Assembly (NCBI GenBank): GCA_951406725.2
Contig: OX597825.1
Span: forward strand, 86,862,001-86,926,000
Origin: Octopus vulgaris
Taxonomy: Eukaryota
Direction: 5' to 3'
Length of the DNA: 64,000 nt
The notes beneath the pieces were generated by a model. That model was not told where the DNA came from. It worked only from the letters and a program-made list of their open reading frames with translations, and made no database searches. Shown here in pieces: positions 22,645 through 35,432 of the stretch; position 1 is the stretch's first letter; every line of letters starts with the position of its first letter. A program made the translations under genes and the position numbers.

Positions 22645-22824
22645 TGTGACCGCTTTCTCCGTCTTCCCTCTTTGGACTTTCTCTATATGTCTGATGAAGA
22701 GCTCCGCTCGAAATGTGAAATCTTCTTTCTTTTCTTTCCTTTCCTAAGCGTCCAATAACACTGTACTTGTACCACGTCCTCGCGTTGTTGGTTTTTCTTG
22801 CTTGCTCTTGTTTGAATTAACTGT
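22645..22824 (+). mobile_element. Hammerhead-bearing short element, diverged relative of the U6 family with a canonical core
   Basis: CUGAUGA-a-gagc-tcc-gctc-GAAA-tgt (22691-22716), followed by ttcctaagcgt..aata as in the U6 family. The 3' end runs into (TA)n. Confidence 0.7.
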
Positions 22825-22864
22825 ATATATATATATCTATATCTATCTATATATATCTATATAT

Positions 22865-23180
<316 letters not shown>

Positions 23181-23194
23181 TCTATATCTATCTA

Positions 23195-23269
<75 letters not shown>

Positions 23270-23758
23270 ATAATGGATAAATGTTCTCGGTATCGTGGAA
23301 TGAGATATATCTATAATGTTAACAGTGATAGAAAAACTAGTGGGAAGTGTTGAGGATGTCATTTAAACAAATTTCTGTTTTGAGATCACAAAACAGAAAT
23401 TTTTGAGAATTCTCCGAAAGAAATCCTTTTATCTTTCTTCTCTTTTGTGGTGTTGTCTCGCGCTGTAGAATCAGAAGAAGATAAAACGGATTTGAGCAGT
23501 TTTCGATAATCGCCTTAAGAAAATTCAGACTTTTAATCTCTGTATATAAATAAAAAATACCTTAATTGCTACTGAATAATTTTTCTATCATTATGAATAC
23601 ACACACACACACACACACGTGTACACACTCATAGTTTCTTGCTGTGGAAACGTATCTACGCAGGTTTGATAATACACCTTGTATCTCTAAGCAATATATA
23701 GACTCTGAGCATATATATATATAAACATATATGTGTATATATATACATCTATATAAAC

Positions 23759-23823
<65 letters not shown>

Positions 23824-24229
23824 TATATGTATAGATCACTTTCCTCCCGTTAAATGTATGTTGATTCTAGTTGGAAACTGATCTTCTGTGGTTGCTTCGG
23901 AGCTATTTTTAGCACTAGAGTTATCCACATAGTGGATAACTCTCTAATAATTTATGTATAAATTTGTATTTTCTCCGTAGTTTTTTGTGCTAAGCCACTT
24001 GGTGTTAAATTAATGGTATTATTAAATTAATATCGATTTTTCACCCTCATTTATAATTTTATAAATTTAACTACGCGGCAGTCAATATTTTATTTGATGC
24101 GGCATACGTTTTCAATGGAGTCTAGGCATGCTTTTGGCGCGGAATTTGAGACATAACTAAAAATGTAATTGGTTGGACCGCTCGTGTTTTTGACGCTCGA
24201 ATCGATCTAATTAATTGCATTTCTGACAA

Positions 24230-24305
24230 ACTCTACCGAAGATTTATAGATGTGAGTGTAAGTAAAACTACATATTACATTAGTAATGAAACAATTGTAT
24301 AGAGT
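24230..24305 (+). ncRNA. Type I hammerhead motif with C4 core and long stem II (copy 1)
   Basis: actcta-CCGAAGA-t-[ttat..gatgtga gtgta agt aaa act..cat..ttacatt..gtaa]-t-GAAA-caattg-UA-tagagt. Stem I is 6 bp and stem III is palindromic. Confidence 0.8.
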
Positions 24306-24722
24306 CAATCTATTTTATTCGTTGTATTTCACTTTCCTCCCGTTAAATGTATGTTGATTCTAGTTGGAAACTGATCTTCTGTGGTTGCTTCGGAGCTATT
24401 TTTAGCACTAGAGTTATCCACATAGTGGATAACTCTCTAATAATTTATGTATAAATTTGTATTTTCTCCGTAGTTTTTTGTGCTAAGCCACTTGGTGTTA
24501 AATTAATGGTATTATTAAATTAATATCGATTTTTCACCCTCATTTATAATTTTATAAATTTAACTACGCGGCAGTCAATATTTTATTTGATGCGGCATAC
24601 GTTTTCAATGGAGTCTAGGCATGCTTTTGGCGCGGAATTTGAGACATAACTAAAAATGTAATTGGTTGGACCGCTCGTGTTTTTGACGCTCGAATCGATA
24701 TAATTAATTGCATTTCTGACAA

Positions 24723-24798
24723 ACTCTACCGAAGATTTATAGATGTGAGTGTAAGTAAAACTACATATTACATTAGTAATGAAACAATTGTATAGAGT
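24723..24798 (+). ncRNA. Type I hammerhead motif with C4 core and long stem II (copy 2)
   Basis: Same sequence as 24230-24305, offset 493. Confidence 0.8.
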
Positions 24799-24943
24799 CA
24801 ATCTATTTTATTCGTTGTATTTCACTTTCCTCCCGTTAAATGTATGTTGATTCTAGTTGAAAACTGATCTTCTGTGGTTGCTTCGGAGCTATTTTTAGCA
24901 CTAGAGTTATCCACATAGTGGATAACTCTCTAATAATTTATGT

Positions 24944-25007
<64 letters not shown>

Positions 25008-25243
25008 TGAAGTGGATAAATGAATTATCTTGTTAAGGATTATTCAAAATTTAACCGATACCTGGGTAGCAAAAATCACAACAGAAAAAACACGGTTGAA
25101 GTTACGACCTTGGGGTGTCGCAACCGTGCCTTAGCGCGGATAATTGAAGTTTAATATATTTAGTGAATATATTTATTTGAAACATGTGTAGAAAATAATA
25201 AAAGGAATTCTGTAGAATCTTCGTTCAGCTCCATTTCTTCCCT

Positions 25244-25285
<42 letters not shown>

Positions 25286-25346
25286 TACATATATATATAT
25301 ATAAATCTTTCAGTGAGATATAAACAGTAGCAAAACGGATTCGTAG

Positions 25347-25610
25347 CATATAATTGCCAACCAACTGTTCTGTTCTATATGGGGCAGTGCTATTGTCGTT
25401 TATAGCCCCAGGAAGACATCTCTTCCAGTTGGCTAACGACACACATTCTGTGTCCGATGAATCGATGGGAGCGGTGACATCCCGTCGCACATACTAATCG
25501 GACACAGAATGTGTGTCGTCGTTAGCCAGCTGGAAGAGATGTCTTCCTGGGGCTATAAACGCCAGTAGCACTGTCCCATATAGGACGCCACAATTGGTTG
25601 GCAATTATAT
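25347..25610. mobile_element. Fold-back palindrome (~110-bp arms) with a multi-hairpin motif, homologous to 43034-43272
   Basis: catataattgccaaccaa...ctgtgtccgat (left) is the reverse complement of atcggacacag...ttggttggcaattatatg (right). Confidence 0.85.
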
Positions 25611-25631
25611 GTATATATATATATATATATG

Positions 25632-25935
25632 TGGAGACGCTGTGATCCAGTGGTTAGGGCAGCGGACTCGCGGTCGTAGGATCACGGTTTCGATTCCTAG
25701 ACCGGGCGTTGTGAGTGTTTATTGAGCGAAAACACCTAAAGCTCCACGAGTCTCCGGCAAGAGGTGCTGGCAATCCCTGCTGCACTCTTTCGCCTCAACT
25801 TTCTCTCACTCTTTCTTCTGTTGGCCTGCTCGCTTAGCCAGCGGGGTGGCGTCATTTGAAGGCTAAAACAATGCGAAGCGCATTGTGACCAGCGATGTGT
25901 AGCAACATCTGATAGCCTGGCCGGTCACCGTCACG

Positions 25936-25939
<4 letters not shown>
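25632..25939 (+). mobile_element. tRNA-derived SINE
   Basis: A box ccagtggttagg, tRNA-like stem gcggactcgcggtcgt, B box ggtttcgattcc. The tail is shared with the 9115 copy. Inserted in (TA)n. Confidence 0.85.
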
Positions 25940-26003
<64 letters not shown>

Positions 26004-26789
26004 TGTATACATATATATATATATATACATACACACACACATATATATATATACACATACATATGTATGCATGCATGTGTCTGGGTGTATCTCCATGTGT
26101 GTATACATACACACTCTTATTCAAACACACACATATCGACAAAAGATATACGTATCGGTAAGAAATGGCGGGTAAGTCGGGGAATCGAAGCAAAATAGTT
26201 TGTGCTGCTTATCGTGGCTGAGGCGCAGAGGCTCTCCATTGATGTCACCATCAGAAATGCAGTGAAGCAGCAGCTTTGTTGGACCATTGTTCACAACTGC
26301 CTGATATTAAAAGTAAAAAAAAAATAAAGATGGACACAAACGAATGCGATGTTTAGAAACGATATCTAACAGAGTAAATAGCTGACACTTATTTTGTTTC
26401 GTCTCTATAACTTCTTTATTCAACCATCCATTAATATATTGAATGAGGTGCAGTGGCTCAAACCATTGAAATCCTTTCCCGATAAACTTGGCGCTGTGAC
26501 AAGTTCGGTTCAAAGAAATCGATATGTCTTTTATTATCTCACAGACAAATAATGAAGAACTACAGCTAATGTTAGTGTGAGTGATGAGTTGTAGTAAGAC
26601 TTACATCAGTCGTGTTGTTGTTGTTTCGCCTCAGGTCAATTCCGATCTAGCATACATATGGTAAAAAGCGTTCCGTCCACGACCATCCATTTTATATGTT
26701 TTTGCATGTCACTTTATGGACATATATACAAAGATACATTGCGTATATACACCCACACACATACTCACACACACACACACACACACATA

Positions 26790-26841
<52 letters not shown>

Positions 26842-26863
26842 CAAATATTACATATATATATAT

Positions 26864-26912
<49 letters not shown>

Positions 26913-26927
26913 CAAATGTTACATATA

Positions 26928-26980
<53 letters not shown>

Positions 26981-27394
26981 AATACATATACATATTCATA
27001 TTTATACAAATATATATATACATATATACACACACACACATATATATAAATCTAATTGCGTCTGAAGAAATATCAGAATACTTTAAAATCCATTGTAGTA
27101 TTGACGTCAACGGATTAGACGAAGATTCCCCTTGCGGCTGATGTTGTGTGATGCTCTGTTGCGGATGATGGTCTGTCTGGAGGTTTTCTCTTAAATATAT
27201 ATACGTAAGTATTGCATTGACCTACAGATAGGTTTTGGCTACGATGTTCTAAAAAACTATTCCATGTATATTTTAAATACTCGAGGGAATATATATATGA
27301 GAATGTAATATGAATAAAACCTCTAAACTATAGATTCATTGTAGTATAATCATGCACATGTGCCTAAGTATTGCTAATCATGTTTATCAGTATT

Positions 27395-27428
<34 letters not shown>

Positions 27429-27460
27429 TGCATGAATATATGTATATGTGTGTATGTATA

Positions 27461-27610
27461 GGCATGGCTATGTGCTAAGAAATTTACTTCTCAACCACAT
27501 GGCTCTTGGTTCAGTCCCATTGCCTGGAACCTTGGACAAGTATCTTCAACTGTAGATCGACCAAAACCTTATGAGTGGTTTTAGTGCATGAGAACTGAAA
27601 GGAGACCGTC

Positions 27611-27612
<2 letters not shown>
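27461..27612 (+). mobile_element. 5' part of tRNA-derived SINE (47194 family)
   Basis: ggcatggctatgtgctaag...caaccacatggctcttggttcagtccca...ccttatgagtgg...aactgaaaggagaccgtcgtata. Confidence 0.8.
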
Positions 27613-27656
<44 letters not shown>

Positions 27657-27774
27657 TCATGAATATATTGTCGTCTAAATTACGCAAAAATTGAAATAAT
27701 ACTAACATCTCATTTTAACAGATATATTTAACCAAAATTGCATAAAAATATCTTGAGATACTAAAGAGTAAATT

Positions 27775-28340
27775 TATTCAATAAAATCGCCATTGGCTTC
27801 AATCTCGACCTCCAGGCGACTTCAGAATCTTCTGCAGTTTTCTGGACGGTCTCCTTGTTTAAGTTGGTGAATGCTGCCATAATCCTTGCCTTCAGTTCAT
27901 CTTTGGTGTTACTAAGAGTGTATTGGTCTCTTGCTCAACTGCACCCCACACATAATAATCAAAGGGGTTGCAGTGTGGGGAGTTAGGTGGCCAGATGTTA
28001 AGGGTGATGTGGTTGCAGAAATTGTCTGACAGCGCTAAGTTCTCCTGCTTGTGTGGCATGGTGCAGAGTCCTTTTGCCAGACATAGGGTCTTTCAGTAGC
28101 CACCCTCTTGACCCAGGGCAGCACTACCTCCTCCGAGCACTTGATGTAGGCCTTCGTGTTGATTCTAAGGCCTTCTTGATTCTAAGATGAATGGAGGCAT
28201 AACGTCGCCATCACAAGTGATCACTCCAAACACCCTGATGCTGATTGGATGTTTTATGTGTTCACCATCTGTTCGTAATGGAGCTTCCGGCACGAATGCC
28301 AAGCTGAACAGCATATCGTTTCCAAATTTCTGGAGGGGTG
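27775..28340 (-). pseudogene. Tc1/mariner-superfamily DDD (maT-like) transposase remnant
   Basis: Minus translation reads PYVWQKDSAPCHTSRRT...IWPPNSPHCNPFDYYVWGAVEQETN...TKDELKARIMAAF...SRLEVEIEANGDFIE*. Confidence 0.85.
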
Positions 28341-28449
28341 AAGTGCGTAATAGTGTTGTTTTTGTTATTGACGGTGCCCAACTGTGTAATCGACAGAATC
28401 AAAAACAAACAATACACATGCACGAAATGAAATTAAAGATATAAAATGG

Positions 28450-28497
<48 letters not shown>

Positions 28498-28511
28498 ACA
28501 TACACACACAA

Positions 28512-29205
28512 GCTGAAAATGCACTGAGAATAGTTAAAATATTTTTTTAATTATATTTAAAGATTTAACCGAGTTCACTGATTTTCAAAATGTTGAGATA
28601 GAAAAACGTGGCTTATATTGCACCTGTCTTGCTTCTGACTCGTGTTTAATCTCCCACCTGGCAGATTACATTTAAAGTGCCTTGATTGTAATTAAACATA
28701 TTCAGTCAACTGTGTCGGCCTTAATTTTAGGCGCAAAATATACGGTCACATGATACTCGCGCACGAGCATAGCGGAAAACGTACAAAAGATTCTAAACTT
28801 AATCACGTGCTCATTCTCTACAAAAACTTGACAGAAAGCATTGATTATTTTCATTACGGTCACTAGACATGTTCAGTCAACCGTATCAGCGTTAACTTAC
28901 GACGCCAAACATTGTCCCTTGATACTAACACATGGATGTAGCGGAGAACTACAAACGTTTCTAAGACCAGTCATGCGACTATCCTCTACCAATCAAATCC
29001 TATTGAAAACATATAATAATTTGAGCCATGAACTCCCTATCAAAACAGTGCAAGCGTCGAACACTTGTCAGAAACAAGACAGCTGCGACATAAGCCATGT
29101 CTTTCTGTTTGAACTTTTTCAAAATCAGTGAAAACTGTGAAACCGGTGAAAGCTTTAAATATTTTGATAATAAAATATCATAAATATTCTCAGTGAATTG
29201 TCGAC
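28512..29205. mobile_element. Fold-back PLE-type element with U3-A8 hammerhead remnants in both arms
   Basis: ~28512-28595 is an inverted match to ~29114-29205. Right arm: cttt-ttcaaaa-t-cagt-gaaa-actg-t-GAAA-ccgg-tg-aaag (29114-29152). The left arm on the minus strand keeps ttgaaaatcagt. Confidence 0.6.
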
Positions 29206-29304
29206 TTCTATATTTCTACGCATGTGGAATAAAATGACTTTGTTTTCTTTCTCTCTCTCTCTCTCTCTCTATCTTTCTGTATATATGTATTATATGTATA
29301 TATC

Positions 29305-29490
29305 TACGTGTGTGTATCTTTGTCCCTCCCACCGCTTGACAACCGGTGTTGGTGTGTTTACATCCCCGCAACTGAGTTGTTCGGCAAAAGAGAGCGCTAG
29401 AATAAGTACTGGGGTTGATTCGTTCGACTAAGACTCTTCAAGGCGGTGCCCCAGAATGGCCGCAGTCTAATGATCGAAACAAAAGATAAA
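29305..29490 (+). mobile_element. 3' half of SINE (47194 family)
   Basis: ccaccgcttgacaaccggtgttggtgtgtttac...ttcggcaaaagag...aaggcggtgccccagaatggccgcagtc. Confidence 0.8.
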
Positions 29491-29786
29491 AGCTCTCTAT
29501 ACATATAATTCGTTTGTTTGTAAGATCGTTCATTTCCGTAGTCTACAAACGTAGCAAAGACAAGCGCAAATGGGAGGGTGGTGGGGGGGGGGGTAAGAAA
29601 GAACGGAAGGCAAGAATTGATGTCACATGACAGTAAGTAAAAGAGATGGAAAAAAGAGGGAAGGAAATATTCTCAGTTGGGTTTCGTTTTTCCAGTACCA
29701 AAAGACGAAGGCCAACCATACGCTTTCCAGAATAATTTGAGTTACTGCAAGCAAGATCCTGCTTTTTAATATTTCGTTTGTGTGAA

Positions 29787-30005
29787 GGTGGCAAGCTGGC
29801 AGAATCGTTAGCATGCTGGGAAAATGCTTAAAGGCATATCGTCTGTCTTTATACTCTGAGTTCAAATTCCGCCAAGGTTGGGCACAAGTGTCCGATAGAA
29901 TAAGTACTAGGCTTGCAAAGAATAAGTCCTGGGGTTGATTTGATCTGTTAAAAAAGGTGGTACTCCAGCATGGCCGCAGTCGAACGACTGAAACAAACAA
30001 AAGAA
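29787..30005 (+). mobile_element. Chimeric SINE: head of the 10109 family joined to the tail of the 47194 family
   Basis: gctggcagaatcgttagca...gagttcaaattccgccaagg, then ccgatagaataagtactaggcttgcaaagaataagtcctgggg...ccagcatggccgcagtc. Confidence 0.75.
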
Positions 30006-30168
30006 TAATAGAATTATTAAATATAATGATATAAATTATTTACATGTTTTAAGTTACGAAACAATTGGTTGTGATCTTAGAATTTCCTTATTGTTAAATA
30101 AAGAGTTCATCAAAGTATTTCTCTGTCATTTAATGACTTCGTACACTCCTTATTGATATCTCTTGCAC

Positions 30169-30455
<287 letters not shown>

Positions 30456-30531
30456 ATGTGAGGACCCACAAACCTAACGAATGCTTTAACTCGATAGAGA
30501 CTATATACAGTCAAGATTAACTTCAATACTT

Positions 30532-30579
30532 CGCAGTCTGACGATGGCTTAACTGGTCGAAACTTCGAAGTCACTGTCG
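30532..30579 (+). ncRNA. Intact canonical-core type I hammerhead
   Basis: cagt-CUGACGA-t-ggct-taact-ggtc-GAAA-cttcgaag-UC-actg (30534-30576). GUC cleavage triplet and palindromic stem III. Confidence 0.85.
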
Positions 30580-30941
30580 ATAATATTCTTGTTTAAGAGT
30601 TATAAACTTGTATTCTACAATGGCTTAGAGTAACCCACCAGAGTAATGTAAAATTGTTTTTATTATGACTGAACACACACACACACATGAACACGAACAC
30701 ACATACACACACACACACACATGTGGCTATAAAATATTTGCATGATCGCTTCTCTATATGTATATTTGTCTGTATTTATTGTAAGACCGTGAATTAAAAA
30801 AAATATCGACACAAAGGTATTTGTAAAAAGTGAAATTGTAATTGTTTTTATTATTGACTTTCAGAATATCAGCTTCTGTGTGTCTGTCTGTCTGTGTGTA
30901 CGTATGTGTGAATATATGTATATGCATATATATATATATAT

Positions 30942-31140
30942 AAGACGAAGACAGGTGGTGTACAAAACAAACAGATGTATTAGTATAACGCTCAGGAATA
31001 GAAAAAAGTATTTTACGTTTCGAGCCTACGCTTTTCTACAGAAAGGGACAGAGAAAAAAGCAAGGAGAGAAACAAGAAGAGAAAAAAAGGAGAGGAAAAA
31101 GGAGAGGAATAAAGGAGGGAAAAAAACAAGGAGAGAAAAT
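30942..31140 (-). mobile_element. U6-core hammerhead element
   Basis: Homologous to 22998-23180. Minus-strand core CUGUAGA-a-aagc-gtag-gctc-GAAA-cg-UA. Confidence 0.75.
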
Positions 31141-31217
31141 ATATATACTCATATACATATACATATACATGTATATATACATACATACATACATACATAC
31201 GTACATACATACATACA

Positions 31218-31295
<78 letters not shown>

Positions 31296-31399
31296 ATATG
31301 CATATGTATGCATATAAGTATGTGTCGTTGGTATTTTTTGGTAAAAATCCTTACAATTCCGTGTGAAGTAGGTAGTGCTATATTGTTATATTTGTTAAG

Positions 31400-32992
31400 G
31401 GTCTCCCCTCGTGGGTGTACCCCCTTTTGGGGTACTGTTATTGTTACATACGAGTGAGTTGATTCCTATTGATGGGAGAACCTGAGAAAAGAAGAATGGA
31501 AGCTGGAATGGCAAAAAGCCACAGTTATGCAGGGGATTGGACTTGGACCCTTTGGAGGTTTACGAGGGGAAGATAGAACCGAAAAAGCTGAAAGAGTGCG
31601 GGAAGTTACTGGAGAAAGAAGGCCATAACCTAAAACTGATGCCACCAGACGAACTAACGAACAGAGTAAGGAAGAGAACAGCGATAGAAATGGCAACTTT
31701 AGAAGATATTGAGGAGTGTCTAAAGGAAGTCAACAGATTTACCATTTTTATAACAAGAAGATATGGCACAGTGGAGGTGCGATTCGCAACCGAAGACGAA
31801 GCGATAAAGCACTCCTCTGAAGCCATAAAGCGTGTTGCCAGAGTGAGAGTGGGTAAAGTACCTTTGGAAATAAATGAGACTTGTTTTGTTGCATTAATTA
31901 TGTTCAACATGGAGGAAGGCGTGGAAATACTGAGAGTAAAAGGTTGAATTGTTGGGGGTATGAAATAGAGGTGGCCGTACAGGCAATACGGAGAAGATAG
32001 TTCTACCCGAAGATGTGAGATTGAGAGTGGTCGTGGAGGGTAGGCCTCCCATATGCTACCTGTGTGGCGAGAAAGGCCATATGAAGGCGAGGTGCCCCCA
32101 GAGAGAAGAGAAAGAACAACAGATGGAACAGTCTGAGGAGCAGGACAGGATGGACGAAGTGGTACAGGATGATGAGAAAGAGACAGCAATAACAGAGGAA
32201 GAATTTACAGTAGTAAAAAAATAGGAAAGAAGAAAGAAAGAGTAAGCTCTCCACCGGAGACGCAGAAAAGAAGTAGATAAGGAGGTTGAGGAGAAGGTCG
32301 AGAAAAAGGAGACAGAAGCGAGACTACATTCGATACCAGTGGAGGAGGAAGTTTTACGCGATTTAGAAAGACAACAGCATGAAGAAACAGCGACATTCAC
32401 CAAAATGAAGGAAGATAAAAACAGAGAGAAGGCGCCGAGGGTGGAGCAAGGTAAAGACAAACAAGCGAGAAGGCCGGGAAAGTACAGATGGAATTTCGTT
32501 AGATATGCTAAGAGCACAGCAACTGAAAGAATGATAACGAAGTTTAAAACTGTAATAAGGGTTAAGTTACCCACAGATACGTACGGAGAAAATGTGAAAG
32601 CCATTGTAAGTGATTAGGACAGAGACAAGAGGTTGAAGGAAATGTGTAACATTGGTTTGCCGGGTTTTACGGTAGAGTTTGAGCCTCTGCCGACAGTAGT
32701 GGAATTAAGAGATCTGGAACCATTAATAGTATATTAAAAAATAAAGAAATGAAAAAAATTGTTTTTAAAAAAAGAGAGAACAAAAACGATTTTGATGGAG
32801 AAAAAACACGGAAAAATAGATTATAAAGTACGAGTAAAAACATTCAAATGGTATTGCGTGAGGGTGGGGCTTATGCAGCCATTTCATTTTTCTCATTTTC
32901 ATTCGTTTTATGCTTTTTACCCCCACTGTGGAGTTCTGTCTGTCCTTGTGCTGTCCCCTCTGTGTTTGGCCCTTGCGGCGGGAAATAAAAAT
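31400..32992 (+). pseudogene. LINE ORF1/gag-like remnant with CCHC zinc knuckle and no ORF2 (ORF1-only, HAL1-like organisation)
   Basis: Fragments RRYGTVEVRFATEDEA...ARVRVGKVPLEI, then LRVVVEGRPPICYLCGEKGHMKARC (C-x2-C-x4-H-x4-C) and an E/K-rich tail to ~32735. A 3' UTR follows and ends gaaataaaaat. Confidence 0.8.
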
Positions 32993-33086
32993 CTATATAT
33001 GTAAGAGAGAGAATGAGAGAGAGAGATAACAGGAGAGAGAGGGGAGAGGAAAGGAGAGAGAAGGTGAGAGAAGTAGAGAGAGAAGG

Positions 33087-33118
<32 letters not shown>

Positions 33119-33547
33119 AAAGAGAGAGATAGAGAGTGAGAGGGGAGAGAGTTGTAAACAGATTGTCTACACAGAAACGGAAGGATCAGCTGGGCTAGTT
33201 TTATTCCCCTTTTGGGATCTCGTTAGTGACCGAGAACCGTCTTTAACTGTTCATGTGATGCGTATTAGATCCCCTTCTTCATAATCTGGTTCAACTTCCT
33301 CAGATTTGTTTGTAAAACCCTTTTCATGGTCAGCAGAGCAACACACCATGTCCGACTCCCCCTCTCCCCCCTCTCTCTCTCCATGCCTGGATGTCCATAG
33401 AATTGTATGAGTTCTTGCTTAGTTCTTCAGCAATATCTTGCACAATGCACAACAACAGCAACGGCTCAACATCAGCAGCAACAGCGTCGGTTGTTTGGTC
33501 ACGTGGTGCAGTGAGACCATAATAAGCGAGACAATAACATAAGGAAT

Positions 33548-33820
33548 ATGGAATTTCTATATTTCTATCGACATTGCTTTATGAGACTAGGAAGGAGATG
33601 TAATTCACAACGACCGGATTGCCACATGTCGAAGTGGGTGCCACATGTTGTAAGATTCACCGAAATAAGCGATGACAGCCCTGTAATATTGAGGAAGACA
33701 TTGTTAGTGCGAAGTCTAGAATTCCGTTCGCGAAGAGAAATGTTTATTGGGAGCGGAGAGGTTCAAATAGAGACGAATCTTGCCAAATCTTTGGCTCATA
33801 GGAATGCCTTTATTCGGTAA
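33548..33820 (+). pseudogene. Possible mariner transposase fragment
   Basis: SKWVPHVV resembles the mariner WVPHEL motif. Little other support. Confidence 0.4.
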
Positions 33821-35029
33821 AAAATAAAAAAAAACGTCGCATTGAAGTTTCTTTATCCTGGGCCATAACCTGATGCTGTTGACTGAGCATGATTCCGCTG
33901 CTGCCAGGTTGAAACTAAATCGATTCGGCCGATTGCGATTCTCGCCTATTGCTTACAAGCGTCAAATCAATATTCATTAGTCTGACTAGAGAAACGAATA
34001 AAACACACCAGGTGAATAATTCAATCATTTCCAATACACTAATTTCCAGTTTTATTGATTTTGCCTCCTCGCATCAGAACGAATTTGGATTTTCATAGCA
34101 TCTTCATTTTTTAGTTGCAACTGTCCGATCATAACTTCTCGGAGTATTTCTATTTGCAGTTTACCATTCTCTTCGGGGTACAGACAATGGTTATTTCACC
34201 TCTCCCTACAATGTCGCTAATGTTGTTGTTGTTGTTGTTGTTTTAGTGTCAGCATCATTTCGATCGATTTGATTTGCGTTTAAACTCATTGAAGCTGTGG
34301 TCATTCGTTCTTTTAGAAATATGGAAGAATTCAATGCTTTATATGACCTTCCGTTTTAAAGTTAAATGAATGTGCATTGAGAGAATTTTAGCTGCTATTT
34401 CTAACATATCTAGTAACCAAATAAAAACTCCCTCTTCGACTCATCTCATCAAAATGATGTGTTGGTTTGCCTGAAATGAGCAAGCTAATAATCAAAAGCA
34501 TTCCAGCCATGACCATCCCATAATTTTATAGCTGTGTCAATAAACCTAAGGCATCTAATGTGTCAGTGTTTGGTAGGGTTTGATTTGACAGAGAAAAGAT
34601 TGGTATTTGTGGCCGGTTGAGCGACCACGTTGAAGGCTCCTCGTCAGTTTCCTATTTCAACACGCCATCATAAAATGGTGATTCCTGAAACAGAAAGAGT
34701 TTTGTCGAAAGACACAACTAAATCAATAGAAAAATTCGTCTTTAAGAATTCCGGTTTCTAAGGATCTCTTCTCTCTGTAACAGGAGGAGTAAAGCCAGGT
34801 TCGGAAAATTAACGAAATACCAGTTAAATCTAAATCTATTTAAATTATTTTCTCAACTTTCCACCAGTGATACTCTGGGGCCGATCCAGTTGATCCAAGT
34901 TGCCTTATATCTCAAAGTTGACTATCTCTTATATCTCAATGTTTCATGTTACAGTGTTAAATTCTACAAGTGAGAGGACCCTGACTAAAATACTAAAGTT
35001 TCAAGTGATGGACTTCACTTCGTAGCTAA

Positions 35030-35183
35030 TAAGGCTTGGCTGGGAGGTAAGGAGTTGGCTTCCCAAAGATATGGTTCCAGGTTCAGTCTCATCGTGAGGC
35101 ACCTTGGGCAAGTGTCTTCTACTGTAGCCCCGGGCCAACCAAGGCCTTGCGAGTGGATTTGGTAGACGGAAACTGAAAGAAGC

Positions 35184-35245
<62 letters not shown>

Positions 35246-35432
35246 CGTGTGTGTGTGTGTGTTTATGCCCCTGTTTTAACCTAGCGGTTCGGCAAGGAAA
35301 TAGACAGAATAAGCACCAAGCTTTAAATAATAAGTACTGTAGTCGATTTGTTTGAGATTCTTCGACTAAGATTCTTCAAGGCGGTGCTCCAGCATGGCCG
35401 CTGCAGTCTTGTGACTATCTTGTAAAAGATAA
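35030..35432 (+). mobile_element. tRNA-derived SINE (47194 family) with internal microsatellite
   Basis: ggttccaggttcagtc...ggcaccttgggcaagtgtcttctac...ggaaactgaaagaagccc (TA/TG)n ...ggcggtgctccagcatggccgc. Confidence 0.85.

Larger units (their letters stand above)
23836..24945 (+). mobile_element. Retrozyme-like head-to-tail array: 2.25 near-identical copies of a 493-bp monomer
   Basis: tcactttcctcccg starts at 23836, 24329 and 24822 (period 493). One hammerhead per full monomer, a perfect hairpin agagttatccac-ata-gtggataactct, and (TA)n flanks. Confidence 0.9.

Noticed and set aside
25347-25460. Twister, pistol or HDV-like ribozyme assignment for the fold-back motif
   Set aside because: Only superficial word matches (gctactg..agccc, gctaa, taaata). 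The required pseudoknot pairings are absent in one or both copies.
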